DNA of 64,000 nt. Origin: Mobula hypostoma. Taxonomy: Eukaryota. The position numbers and the translations under genes were made by a program. Under the pieces are notes generated by a model that saw only the letters and a list, made by a program, of their open reading frames with translations, ran no database searches and was not told where the DNA came from. Shown in pieces: positions 1 through 11,059 of this stretch (positions are counted from its first letter, which is position 1; each line of letters opens with the position of its first letter). The DNA is taken from the NCBI RefSeq assembly GCF_963921235.1, contig NC_086129.1, positions 22,754,001 through 22,818,000 of the forward strand, written 5' to 3'.

Positions 1-1381
1 CTCAGTTAATGATTGTATACACCTCTATAAGATCACCCACATTCCAAGGAATAAAATGCTAGCCTGCCCAACCTCTCCCATGTTGATGCCTATTTACTTC
101 TAGACTTGATTATTCCAAACTTCTCTTCATCTCTGCATAGATTTTGTTGCCTGTGTTCCAGTTTGTACCATGCTCTACATTTCTAAATGCCTAAAACTCT
201 CTGCCTCTTTGCCCCCTTCCAGCCACTCCTTGTAATGTCCCTCTAATTAAGTTTTGGGTTGCTTGCATACAGCATGTACATTATTTTGTGTCTTGGTGCC
301 TGCACTACTTGATAAATCTTCTGTTTTAATGCAAACTTTTGATATATATCACTTTCCAATAATTACAAGAATCTCTTGTGTCTTATCCAGTAAATTAAAT
401 TTGATTTTTTTTTTGACTTCCCGGTTTGTCAGATCATTTGTACGTTAATATCACTTTGTGTTTCATGAGAAACAAAAAGTTGACAAAATTGGCACAAAGG
501 GCACATTGGAACAGAAAAAAACCCAAAGCCAGTTATAATTCAAAGTGGTCAAAAGTGCAGGTCGTGTTGCGAGTGAATGCATAATGTCACCATTACAATG
601 GATAATGAGAGATGCTGGGGCAAAGGCAAGAGATTGTGATGAGTAACAGAAAAAAATAACAAAATGTCACATTTGCTTAAACATCTGGATGCGAAAAGAA
701 TCATCAAAATCAAAGCAGTTAAGGCAATTGCTCATCTTTGAAAGCAGGGGCTGAGGTAATGATGCGGTGGAGTTGCAGATGATGGCTGACGGTGAATACC
801 TTCCAACACCTCCTCACAATATTGACAGGGAATTGGAGCACTTCCTTGCATCAGTGAAATCTGGAAATACATACTTGCTCATTCATTTAGATCAGAGGTT
901 CCCAAACTTTTTTAGGTTACTGGCTCCCTTGGGTATGAAACCACAGCAACCCTGCACACCCTCCCTTTCCGTCCATTGCATAAAAACTATAAAGAACTTT
1001 GATGTATGATGCACAGTGAAAGAAAATAGGAACTGCAAATTCAAAGCAGTGACAAATAAATTACTCAATTCTATTTAAAGCTACAAGTAAAATTATTTCT
1101 TGATTTAATTACAGTAAAAACAATTTTCAACAACAATTTAGAGCATATATTAGTAGTCCAACTATTCACTACTTCATTGCTTTTTCACCTTTCAGTGAGA
1201 TGGCTGGGCTTGGTGCAGTGATATCAGCTTCTCAACATCAGACTGACTGTCACTCAGAAGGAGTCTCAGATCCCCACATTCAGTAATTTGCAGTCAGTTT
1301 TTGTTGCTTTGAAAGAAGTTGGGCAACTGCACTGAAACCATGCTCCACTAAGTATGACATTGGAAAGGCAATAAAGAACAT

Positions 1382-1480
1382 GCAACACACATCAAAGTTG
1401 CTGGTGAACGCAGCAGGCCAGGCAGCATCTCTAGGAAGAGCTGCAGTCGACGTTTCAGGCCGAGACCCTTCGTCAGGACT
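1382..1480 (-). mobile_element. Penelope-like pseudo-LTR fragment inserted in the hAT transposase
   Basis: Nearly identical to the 3' ends of the GIY-YIG-bearing copy at 30200-31188 and its partial copy at 32304-32855. Flanked by CAT on both sides; removing it rejoins KM/FFIAFP. Confidence 0.88.
1445..1480 (-). ncRNA. Minimal type-I hammerhead ribozyme motif, core intact
   Basis: rc = AGTC-CTGACGA-AGG(GTCTCGG)CCT-GAAA-CG-TC-GACT: helix I AGUC/GACU, CUGAnGA and GAAA cores, GUC cleavage triplet, palindromic ACGU in place of helix III. Confidence 0.8.
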
Positions 1481-3495
1481 CATTTTGACTTTTTTCTACA
1501 GTGGAGTATAGCGTTCAGAAGTTTCTTTCTGCAATATTGATATGATTTTTTGAACCTCGTCATCAGCTCAAAGTCATTTTGTAGTGAGATCAGTTCTTCC
1601 TCCATTCTTCCTGTTAATTCCTCATGACAAGTGGTCAGGAATGGATTTATTACCCAATCTGGAATTTGGATCGAGAGAAGATCCTGAAATCTCTCTGACA
1701 TGCCTTTATGCAGCTCACTCAGATGGACATAGCATAACTGAAGATCATCATCTGGTATTCTTTCTTTCTCCTCCAACTCAGAGAAGCTCAGAAATTGGAA
1801 AAGTTCGTGACAGCCAATGTTGCACTTAAATAGAGTAAACTTGGACAGAAATGTGAAGACGACTGATTTGACTTTGATAAAATTTGCATCATTTCTTTGC
1901 AATTGAAGATAGGTTTTATGAAACTTTGCAAGTAACTCTGACAAATAAGCAATGTCATGCCTAATATTCTTGGGTAGATTGCTGTATGAAATATTCGAGA
2001 CTTCAAAGAATTTTATCGTAGTTTCAAAAAGTGCATAGGATTGTCTCAGGCAGTTTCCTTTTGAGAGCCGTTTAATTCTGTGTGCAACAGCAGGCTTTCA
2101 AGCTGTTGGTCATTCTCAATACAAAGCTCTCAAAATAGTCAAGAATCGAGAGCATGGGACTTGATTTTACCGCTGTGATAACAGTATTTAATGATTTGTG
2201 CAACCAATCTCTTAGATTTTTTGTGACACTATGTTGTCGGTGAATTACACAGTGAATGGTAAGTATGTTAGGAACAACTTTTTTCAAGAAACTAATAACT
2301 CCATGGCAGCATCCTGTCATTGATGGTACCACATTTGTTGCACAAGCAAGACTGTTGGTGAATGGAATATCCTTTTCTTTGAAAAATTGTTCAGCAACAC
2401 AAATTATTGACTCCCTCTTCATATTTGTTTCTCATCCCCTTGCAAATAACAACTCTTGAACCATGCTTTCATCATCTATGAAGCGAACGTAGCCAAGAAG
2501 CAAACATTTGTTCCCTGGCAGAGGCATTTCTGTTGTCCTAAGTATGTGGCACAATGTGCATTCCACATATTCAGATATTTCAATAGTTCATCTTTGAACA
2601 GAATTGTCACTGAGTAGAATCGCTTTAATTGTTTGACCTGGTGACATATGCTAAACCGTATTCAGAACTTTCTTTACTGCTGGCAGAATCAGTTCTTCTC
2701 CAATTGTATGGGGCTTTCTAAATTTAGCAATGAGCAATGAAATGTTGTGTGAAGCACACAAACCATCACTGTTTTGTTGTGAAGTGCTAGCAAACATGTT
2801 TTGAAATATGGGCTACTGAAAGGCAGTCAAGACCATTCGAAAGGGCAGATTCTTAACTTTGAACACCATACCCTAACTCACAGGAACTGTGTCATTATGA
2901 GATTAGAGTATGGGACTCATACTATCTAACACTAGACTATAGTAGCGAATGGCAGTAACGTGCGGGCCGGGTCCGGAAATTACACGATTTCTTCAGTCCA
3001 GTTTTCTGGTATGGCATATATAGAAGTGCCGAATGTTTATAATAAGTAATTCACTTCTTAAATTAAGCCTGTAATACCTCAGCTGCCCCCCTTGCTACCG
3101 AACCCCACCTTAGAAACACCCACAAACCCCAGGAGGGGCAGGGCGATATTGCCTACTTTGCGATCCACTGATTTAGATGTTGTCTGTTATCTTCCCACAT
3201 TGCAATTCATCTGCAATTTAAGTGTGCCCATATATGGCATGAATCATGCTGAGGAACAGAGCAGAGTTTCTGTGCTTTCACAGACCTTTCTATCCTTCAC
3301 GTTTTGTTCTGCCTTATTCTGCCTGGTTTGTTCTCGCTCTCTCTTCTTCCTGATCCTTGCCTGAGTGAGTTTCTCTTCATTTCCCTTTCACTGTATATAT
3401 CCCCGTGTTCCTTCCCCCTTTGTACCCCATGTTACTTCCTTGTGGTTTTTTTTCTATTTTTTTGTCTTTATCTCCTTTACTCATTCTCTCTGTTG

Positions 3496-3592
3496 GTAGG
3501 CCACTGTGAGTTGTCCCAAGAGTGTAGGTGAGTGGTAGAATCTGGGGGCAGTTGTTGGGAATGAGGGAAGAATAAAATGAGATTAGTGTAAA
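3496..3592 (+). mobile_element. 3' fragment of HE1-like SINE
   Basis: Shares tgtaggtgagtggtaga... with the SINE at 59163-59396. Confidence 0.55.
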
Positions 3593-3594
3593 AG

Positions 3595-4285
3595 GAGCCG
3601 TACAGGAGCAAGATAGATCAGCTGGTCGAGTGGTGCCGCAACAACAGCCTTGCACTCAGTATCAGCAAGACCAAGGAATTGATTGTGGACTTCAGGAAGA
3701 GGGAGTCTGGAGAACCGACACCAGTCCTCGTCGAGGAGTTGGTCGGCAGTGGAAAGGGTGAGCAGCAACAAATTTCTGGGTGTCAACTTCTCAAAGGATG
3801 TATCTTGGGCCCAACACTTTGATGCAATCACAAAAAAGGCATGCCAGTGGCTCTACTTCATTAGGAGATTGAGGAGATTTGGCACAGAACACTCTAGCAA
3901 ACTTTACTGACGCACCGTGTAGAGCATTCTGATGGGTGGCATCACAGCTTGGTGTGGAGGCACTAATGCACAGGATAGAAAGAGTTTGCAGACGATTGTA
4001 GATTCAGCCAGCTCCATCAAGGACGCAACCTTCCAACAAGGACACCTTCATTAGGCAGTGCCTCAACTAGGTGGCATGATCATTAAGGAACTTGACCACC
4101 AAGGACACGCCCTCTTCTCATTACTATCATCAGGGAGGAGGTGCAGGAGCCTGAAGACCCACTCTCAACATTTTAGGAACAGCTTCTTCCTCTCTGCCAT
4201 CAGACTTCTGAAGGACCATAAGCCAAACACCACCTTATTATTCCCCTTTCACAATATTTATTTATTTATTTGTTTGTTTGCTTGA
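3595..4285 (+). mobile_element. Rex1/Babar LINE 3' fragment
   Basis: VERVSS.KFLGV..S.D.SW..H.DAITKKA...LYFIRRLRRFG and HALFSLL.SGRR.RSLKTH...FRNSFF..AIRLL, homologous to ORF 45548..46369. Confidence 0.88.
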
Positions 4286-4354
4286 TGATTCTTTGCAAGC
4301 TGTCCCCACCTTATACTCTTCTTACATTAATTATAATAAACCTACTATCTTACT

Positions 4355-4747
4355 GGGTGGTGGGGTGGAGGTACATCTCTACCAAAGTAGGTGTAAAGTG
4401 CTCCTTCCCTCCACTAGCCTGCAGGTCACCCTTGGGCAAGGTGTAGCACCTGCTTAGCCACCCCCCACGATCAGGGTCATGTAAAGCCATGGGGGAAGTA
4501 ATGGATGGTCATATGAGCAGCCGGTGCACATCACAAATCCTGGTGATGGGACTACTGATGCCAGGCAGACGCTCCCTAAAGAGTATCGTTAATGGCTGGA
4601 TTTATCTGTCTTGTAAAGGCACTGCCAAGAAGAAGGCAATGGCAAACAAATTCTGTAGAAAAATTTGCCAAGAACAATCATGGTCACGGAAAGACCATGA
4701 TCGCCCACGTTAGACAACATGGCATATAATAATGATGATGACGATGA
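4355..4747 (+). mobile_element. RTE-related non-autonomous element
   Basis: Contains GAAGAAGGCAATGGCAAAC (RTE/BovB-type motif), a 3' hairpin ATCATGGTC..GACCATGAT, and an (ATG)n-like tail. Confidence 0.6.
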
Positions 4748-5574
4748 CTAGTTTATGTCTAAGACTGGCAGAGTTACTAACAAAGTTCTTTTAAATATCA
4801 GTAGCACTGCAGCGCTACATAGAGCGGCAGCACTATCTTCTGCATACTGTTTTCTTTTTACTACCTCCTTGCACTTAAGTATGGCGTGATCTGTATGGTT
4901 GCATACAAACACACTTGTATCACGTTATATGTGATAATAATAAGCCAGTACCAATGCCAATGCCTTTACTGCTGCTCCTGTGGTTTCTCTCTACATCTTA
5001 GGCAGGTGTACTGCCCCACAAGCCCTCCACACGAAGCAAGAAGCTTCAGGACCGAATGCAGCCTGCGTGAGTCTTGGGTACCTGCTCCACATAAAGGTGA
5101 TGTAAATCCATAACTGAGGTCCCAGTGGTGGGTTTGGGGGCTGGGCCGGGCAGCTATCTCATGTCCAAACCAGCTGCAGCCCAGCCACCCCTCAGATGAA
5201 GCTTCTGTACCAGTGATGGGGTGATTGAGTTGCTTTTGAATTTATCCTTCAACCTGCCTAATGTTCCTTTTCTATATGCAGCATTCATTCATTTCCAGAA
5301 GCCTCCTGAAAGGAGCCATCAATTTCACTGTTAAAGGTGCTCTAAAATGGCAAGTTGTTTTTCTTGATGACAGGTAACCGGAGAAGAAAGAGAACAAAAT
5401 GTTTCTCCAATAACTCCAAGCACTCCAAGTGCCTCCACAGGTCAATCCCATGAATGTTGCACTGTACTAATCCCCACAGTCACTGCCATCCTGCACAAGT
5501 TCTGTACAACAGTGCAGGCAAGGAGAGTGAGAAACAGAAAAGATCCCACTTCTAATCACAAATTCCTACGCTAA

Positions 5575-5583
5575 TGTGTGTGA

Positions 5584-5630
<47 letters not shown>

Positions 5631-5726
5631 TGTCTGTCTTAGGTATTTGTCTGTGTGTATGTCCATATGTCTGTCTGTATGTATGTTCCTGTGTATGTAT
5701 ATCTGTGGCTGTCTGTCTGGTGTTGA

Positions 5727-5771
<45 letters not shown>

Positions 5772-5940
5772 CTTTATGAACGTGTCTGATTTTTGCATGT
5801 GGGTTTGCGTGCGTGTGTGTGCATGCTTTTAAGCCTCTTTGTGTGTGGGGGGGGAAGGGGGAATGGGGTTCAATAAACTCATGAACCCGCATGTTAATGT
5901 GTGTGTGGGTCTGTGGGTGATGTAGGATGAGTATGTGTGT
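5575..5940. repeat. (TG)n microsatellite complex
   Basis: Two pure TG runs (~5589-5628, ~5730-5766) plus degenerate TG/TCTG flanks. Confidence 0.95.
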
Positions 5941-6897
5941 ATAACTGAAGGTAGGGACATCCTGATGTTCAGTTATTAATCTCCTTGATGAGGTCTGCAC
6001 AATTATATTGTATTTCAGCTGCTTTCTAGTGGAGTGGAGTAAACGCAATGGTCAATGTGCACTGACGGATTAAACAGGGAAGAGGCAAGTTGACCTTTCG
6101 CTTCAATGAGTTCAAAATCCCATCCTCCCTCAGCTCTTTTTTTTTAAATCTCCATAAGATGCCAAGTACCAAATTAGTTTTTCTTTTGCTCTGGCCTTCC
6201 TTCCTGGACAATTAATGCCATTATTTTCTGAACCATCACTGCCTGCTGGAAGCTGCTAATGAATGTTGAGCTGCCAGTTCCCATTAGAAGGAGTCCCAGC
6301 CAAGCCTGATTGACCTGTCAGAGGGAGTTTGGCATTCTGGTTCTGAGGTAGTTCAAAAAGTTTTGTGCATTTGGTGACTGGCCAGGAGCAATAACTGCCC
6401 CCATCCAACAGAAATCTGACTATTGGAATCAAAAATCAGAGGTTTGTCCTTGCCTCGGGAGCGGGTTTGACAAAGTGCATCATGGGCATCTTGGTCATCA
6501 TGGATGAGTTGGGCAGAAGGGGCTGTTATGATTTTATCTGCCTGAAATAGCCAGAGCATGGAAGGTGAGTTTTAAGGTTGCTCTTTGGCTGTGGAGTGGG
6601 AATATGAATGACATAAGTGATCTAAGCTGCACTGGAAAATACGTATGTGTGTGAGGATGTGGAGTGAGGTGTGTTTCACACTCAGACCCAGTTGTCATTA
6701 CAGCCAGGTCTGCTGCCAATACCCCTACACAAGCTCACACACAAAGTATAGCATGGTGAGTAAACTGTTTAAGTTAATCTGTGAGCCTGGAGCCAGAGGA
6801 GGTAGAAAAAAGTATTACCTTTGCTATTCATAGTACCTCTGTTATGCATAGGATTTTCAAGTGCAACTAATAGTGAGTTAAGTATTTTAATAGCCAT

Positions 6898-7284
6898 CAG
6901 TGGCCACTTTATTAGGTACACCTGTGCAGCTGCTTGTCAGTGCAAATATCTAATCAGCCAATCATGCAATCATAAAAGCATGCAGAACTGGTCAAGAGGT
7001 TCAGTTGCTGTTCAGGCCAGACAGCAGAATGGGAAAGAAATGTGATTTGAATGACTTCGACCATGCAATGATTATTGGTTTGAGTCTCTCAGCAACCGCT
7101 GATCTGGGACTTTCATGCACAACAGTCTCTAGAGCAGGAGTTCCCAGCCATTTTTATGCTATGAACTCCTACCATTAACCAAGGGGTCTGTGGACCCCAG
7201 ATTGGGAACCCCTGCTCTAGAGGTTACAGAGAGTGGTGCGATAAACAAAAAGCATCCAGCGAGCAGCAAATAATAGTGGCCACT
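6898..7284 (+). mobile_element. Non-autonomous Tc1-type element, partial
   Basis: Begins CAGTGGCCACTTTATTAGGTACACC; homologous to the complete copy at 27031-27570. Confidence 0.85.
7135..7214. mobile_element. 80-bp hAT/Buster MITE nested in the Tc1-type element
   Basis: TIRs CAGGAGTTCCCA / TGGGAACCCCTG; perfect 8-bp TSD CTCTAGAG (7127-7134, 7215-7222). Confidence 0.92.
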
Positions 7285-7440
7285 TACCAAACACCGCACA
7301 CATCTTTCGGATGTGGAAGGAAACTGGAGTATCCAGAGGAAACCAACACAGTCACATGGAGAACGTGCAAACTCCACACGGAAAGCACCCGAGGTCATGA
7401 TTGAACTGGGACTCTGGTGCTGTGAGGAAATGGCTCCACA
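7285..7440 (-). mobile_element. tRNA-derived HE1/V-like SINE fragment
   Basis: rc contains B-box-like GTTCAATC and GTGGAGTTTGCACGTTCTCC..GTGACTG. Confidence 0.75.
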
Positions 7441-7774
7441 AGCAATATCATTAAAAAACTTACGCCCAGTGCTGACACTGATCCAGGTCTAGAGAAGTAA
7501 TGCAACTGGAACTTTCACATGGATGAAACTATCAGCTCTGCCCAGACTTGTCATCAATTAATGACCATTGTTTAAAACATCCCTAATATGGAACAAGGGA
7601 CAGGATTGTTTATCATGTGCCCTGCCTAGTATATTTTTCACAAACAACATCATTAAAGCAAGCTTTACTGTCACTTTTCTCAGAGCTGTTTGTCGGACTC
7701 CACTGAAATTGTCTGTCACATTTCTTGCATTGTCTTGGTGACTATAGTTCAAAAGTGCTTCACTGAGCGGTGCC

Positions 7775-8500
7775 TAGCCACACAACTGTTTCACTAGGCA
7801 GAGCTCAAGCACCATCTACGAACTTGCCGATGACACAACTATTGTTGGCAGAATTTCAGATGGTGATGAGAAGGTGTACAGGAGTGAGACAGGTCAGCTG
7901 GTTGAGTGGTGTTACAACAGTATGAGCAAGGAGCTGATTGTGGACTTTAGGAAGGGTAAGTCGGAAGAACATACATTGAGAGATCAGAAGTGGGAAGGGT
8001 GAGCAGTTTCAAGTTCCTGAGTGTCAACACCTCTGAAGATCTATCCTGGGCACAACATATCGATGCAATTACAAAGAAGGCACAACAGCGGCTATGTTTC
8101 GTTAGAAGTTTAAGAGGCGTGGTGTGTCCCGAAAGCATTCTAATTGTTTGCCTCATCATCTTGTATGGAGGGGCACTGCACAGAATCAGATAAAGCTGCA
8201 GAAAGTTATAAACTCAGTCAGCTTGATCATGGGCACGAGCCTCCCCAGCATTGAGGACATCTTCAAAAGGCAGCATCCATCAGTAAGGACCCCCATCACC
8301 CAGGGCATGCTCTCTTCTCAGTACTACCATCGAGGAGGAAGTACAGGAGTCTGAAGACACACACTCAACACTTCAGGAACAGCTTCTTCCCCACCACCAT
8401 CAGATTTCTAAATGGCAATGAACCCATGTATACTACCTCACTATTTTTTTTCTTTTTTATTGTTCTCATTTCCCACTACTTACTTAATTTAACTTTTATA
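7775..8500 (+). mobile_element. Rex1/Babar LINE 3' fragment
   Basis: ADDTTIVGRISDGDE, then VSSFKFL.VN.SEDLSWAQHIDAITKKA, running to the 3' end. Confidence 0.88.
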
Positions 8501-8553
8501 TTATATATGTATATATATGCACTGTATGTATGAATATATATGCTGTATACATA

Positions 8554-9116
8554 CAGTACTGTGCAAAAGTCTTAGGCACATACATATAGCTAGGGAGCCC
8601 AAGACTTCTGTAATTTTATGTACTGCACTGAACTGCTGCTGCTGCAAAATAACAAATTTCACGACATATGTGAGTGATGATAAACCTCATTTTGATATCG
8701 GTCTCTATTTTTGCCTGAGGGTGGGAAAGGGGCAGGGAGAGGAGAATCATGGTTGGGAAAAGGGGAAGGGAGAGGGGAGGGAACGGGAAACACCAGAGGG
8801 ACATTCTGTAATGATCAATAAACTAATTGTTTGGAATCAAATGACCTTGCCTGGTGTCTCAGGGCTGGGTGTGTCTGCACCTGCACCACCCCCTGCCCCT
8901 GACACTCCTTTGCTGCCACCTGTCCCACACCCCTCCCGTGGCACTCCACCCTCACCGTACCAAACATCCTTTGCTCCCACTGGATTTACAAACTTGCTCT
9001 CCACTCCACGTTGACAAAGACAGTAAGACAGTACTGTGCAAAAGTCATAGGCACCCAAGCTACAGTATATATATATATATATATGTGTGTGTGCCTAAGA
9101 CTTTTGCTCAGTCCTG
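8554..9116. mobile_element. Composite Tc1-type MITE with palindromic terminal units
   Basis: TIR CAGTACTGTGCAAAAGTCTTAGGCAC at 8554, its rc ending at 9116, TA on both sides. An extra TIR copy sits at 9029 and a partial inverted copy at ~8595-8611. Confidence 0.85.
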
Positions 9117-9789
9117 TATATACACCAAGACAGCTTTACTCATAAGCCCTTCAATGTGAATTATTACATTTCTATGGAGTAACATGTTTAAATTGGAAAA
9201 CTCTTGAGAGGAGTATTTCCTGTTAGATTTACAACCTCCAATAATTCTTGTTATGATGAAGATGGGATGTATACAGAGGAGCCTGAACTTGGTACCAAAT
9301 AAATGTGCAAGTCAAAATAATCAATGGTGTTATCCCAATCCTAACTTCATTCTGCACTGCATTACGCTCTACAAACCTTAAATCATTCTTCACTACTGCT
9401 TTCCCTATTCGACCCTCAGCTTTCCTCAACACCTCACTGTCATCGTCACTGCATCTCAAATTCTTCCGTTTGTTCTGCACATCCCACAGCATACGCTGTT
9501 CAATGCAGGCAATCTCCGAGTTACATAAACTTCCCTTTCCACAGAACTGTCCCTGAACTGAGTTTTCAATAAGTCAGAATTGAACAATTACATTGAGGGT
9601 CAATTAACATGGACATTTATTAATTCTCTTGTGTACTTACAATGGTACAGGATCAGAATGTTGCACCTTCAATGGCCACTGTCATTGGCCTTAAAGTATC
9701 AATCAATGATGCATTGTTTGATAAAGTATCTTACGAGATTATTTATCTATCTGTCTGTCTATTTGTTTATGCATTCATTCATTCATCCA

Positions 9790-10000
9790 TTCATTATATA
9801 TCTTTCTATTTTTTTTGTCTATTTATCTATTTAGAGATACAGCACGGTAACAGACCCTTCTGGGCTAACGAGCCCTCACTGCCCAATTACACCTAGGTGA
9901 CCAATTAATCTACTAACCCATACATCTTTGGAATGTGGGCGGAAATTGGAGCACCCGACGAGAATGTACAAATTCTTTACAGACAACGGCAGAATAGAAG
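9790..10000 (-). mobile_element. SINE fragment (HE1-like) with (ATTT/ATCT)n tail
   Basis: tctttggaatgtggg.ggaaa.tggagcacccg shared with the other SINE copies in the window. Confidence 0.7.
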
Positions 10001-10310
10001 TGTCAGTTTCCAAAGCAAATGCCTTATGTGGCCTCCCCTTGTAATCTGGCAGCCTGCGTTCTTAAGGATAATGGTGTGTGTTTGATTACTAGGGGAAGGT
10101 TACATGTAAACAGGGTTTAAAAAAAAGACTGGTTGTCTTTTGTTTCAACTAGCTGTTTCCCCTATTTCTTGACTCCTGAAAAATGTTTATATTCCTCCAA
10201 CTAACTTTCCTATCTTGAAAAATTCTTTGAAATATATGAAAGAACTTGCTTAAAGCTGGAATTTTGTAAGTCAGGTCTTCAGTGACCAGGAGAGCCCCTG
10301 CACAATTAGG

Positions 10311-10830
10311 ACACCCCTCACTACAATCCTCACTGCATCCCTCAATATAATCCTCATTACACCCCTCACAGTGCTCCTCTCTGCACTCCTCATTGCAATC
10401 CTCAGTGCATTTGTGATTAGACACTTCACTCAACTCCTGACTTTACTCATCACTACAATCTCACACCATTCTTACAACTCTCCTCACTACGGTCCTCACT
10501 GCATTCCTCACCACTCTCTTCATTACACTACACAGTGCTCACCGCACTTCTTAGATTCCTCACAGTGCTCTCACTGCTGCCTGCATTTTTCACTTCATTC
10601 CTCACAACGCTGCTCACATCCTTCGCCGCGACATAATTCAGTGAACTTACGCTACACTGTCCCCTGCAATTCTCTTTGCATTTCTCACAACACAACTTAT
10701 GTAGCCTCAACACTGTCCTACAACACTCCTCTCTACACTGCTCGCTATATTTCACATTACGCAGCTGACGATATCCCTCACCATGTTTCTTACTGTCATC
10801 CTCATTCTACCTCTCCCCTCATTACCCGCA
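10311..10830. repeat. Degenerate 12-bp minisatellite, consensus ~CACTCCTCACTG
   Basis: Consecutive units cacccctcacta/caatcctcactg/catccctcaata/taatcctcatta/cacccctcacag, decaying downstream. Confidence 0.8.
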
Positions 10831-11059
10831 GCAAATGCTGCTTTGCTTCTCAGTTGTTGCCCTCTCAGAAACTTTCACCATTGCCTGTGTCTGCCCCCAG
10901 GAACCCTCTGCCCTCACTACCAGCCTTGAGTGACTGCACTTTCAGGATGAAGAAATATCATCAAACTTCACTAAATTTCCGGAATTAAGATTATCAGATG
11001 GTTGCTAGTGACATCAATGTTTGCCTTTTCTTTACATCTTCAAGAGACCTTGCTTCAAC

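Larger units (their letters stand above)
893..3170 (-). mobile_element. hAT DNA transposon, Buster/Charlie type, with decayed transposase
   Basis: Imperfect TIRs CAGAGGTTCCCAAACT / rc CAGTGGATCGCAAAGT (12/16). Perfect 8-bp TSD ATTTAGAT (885-892, 3171-3178) with central TA. Frameshifted minus-strand peptides KPHTIGEELILPA, IHCVIHRQH (CxxH) and FP.SYLVE.GFSAV. Confidence 0.93.

Noticed and set aside
1190-2830. Domesticated ZBED8/SCAND3-like host gene
   Set aside because: Multiple frameshifts and stops, an internal insertion, and intact TIRs and TSD show it is a dead transposon.
5566-6048. ORFs with HT/CV repeats
   Set aside because: Translations of the (TG)n microsatellite.
10371-10988. 205-aa His-rich protein gene
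   Set aside because: Explained by the 12-bp minisatellite; non-ATG start; no recognisable domain.
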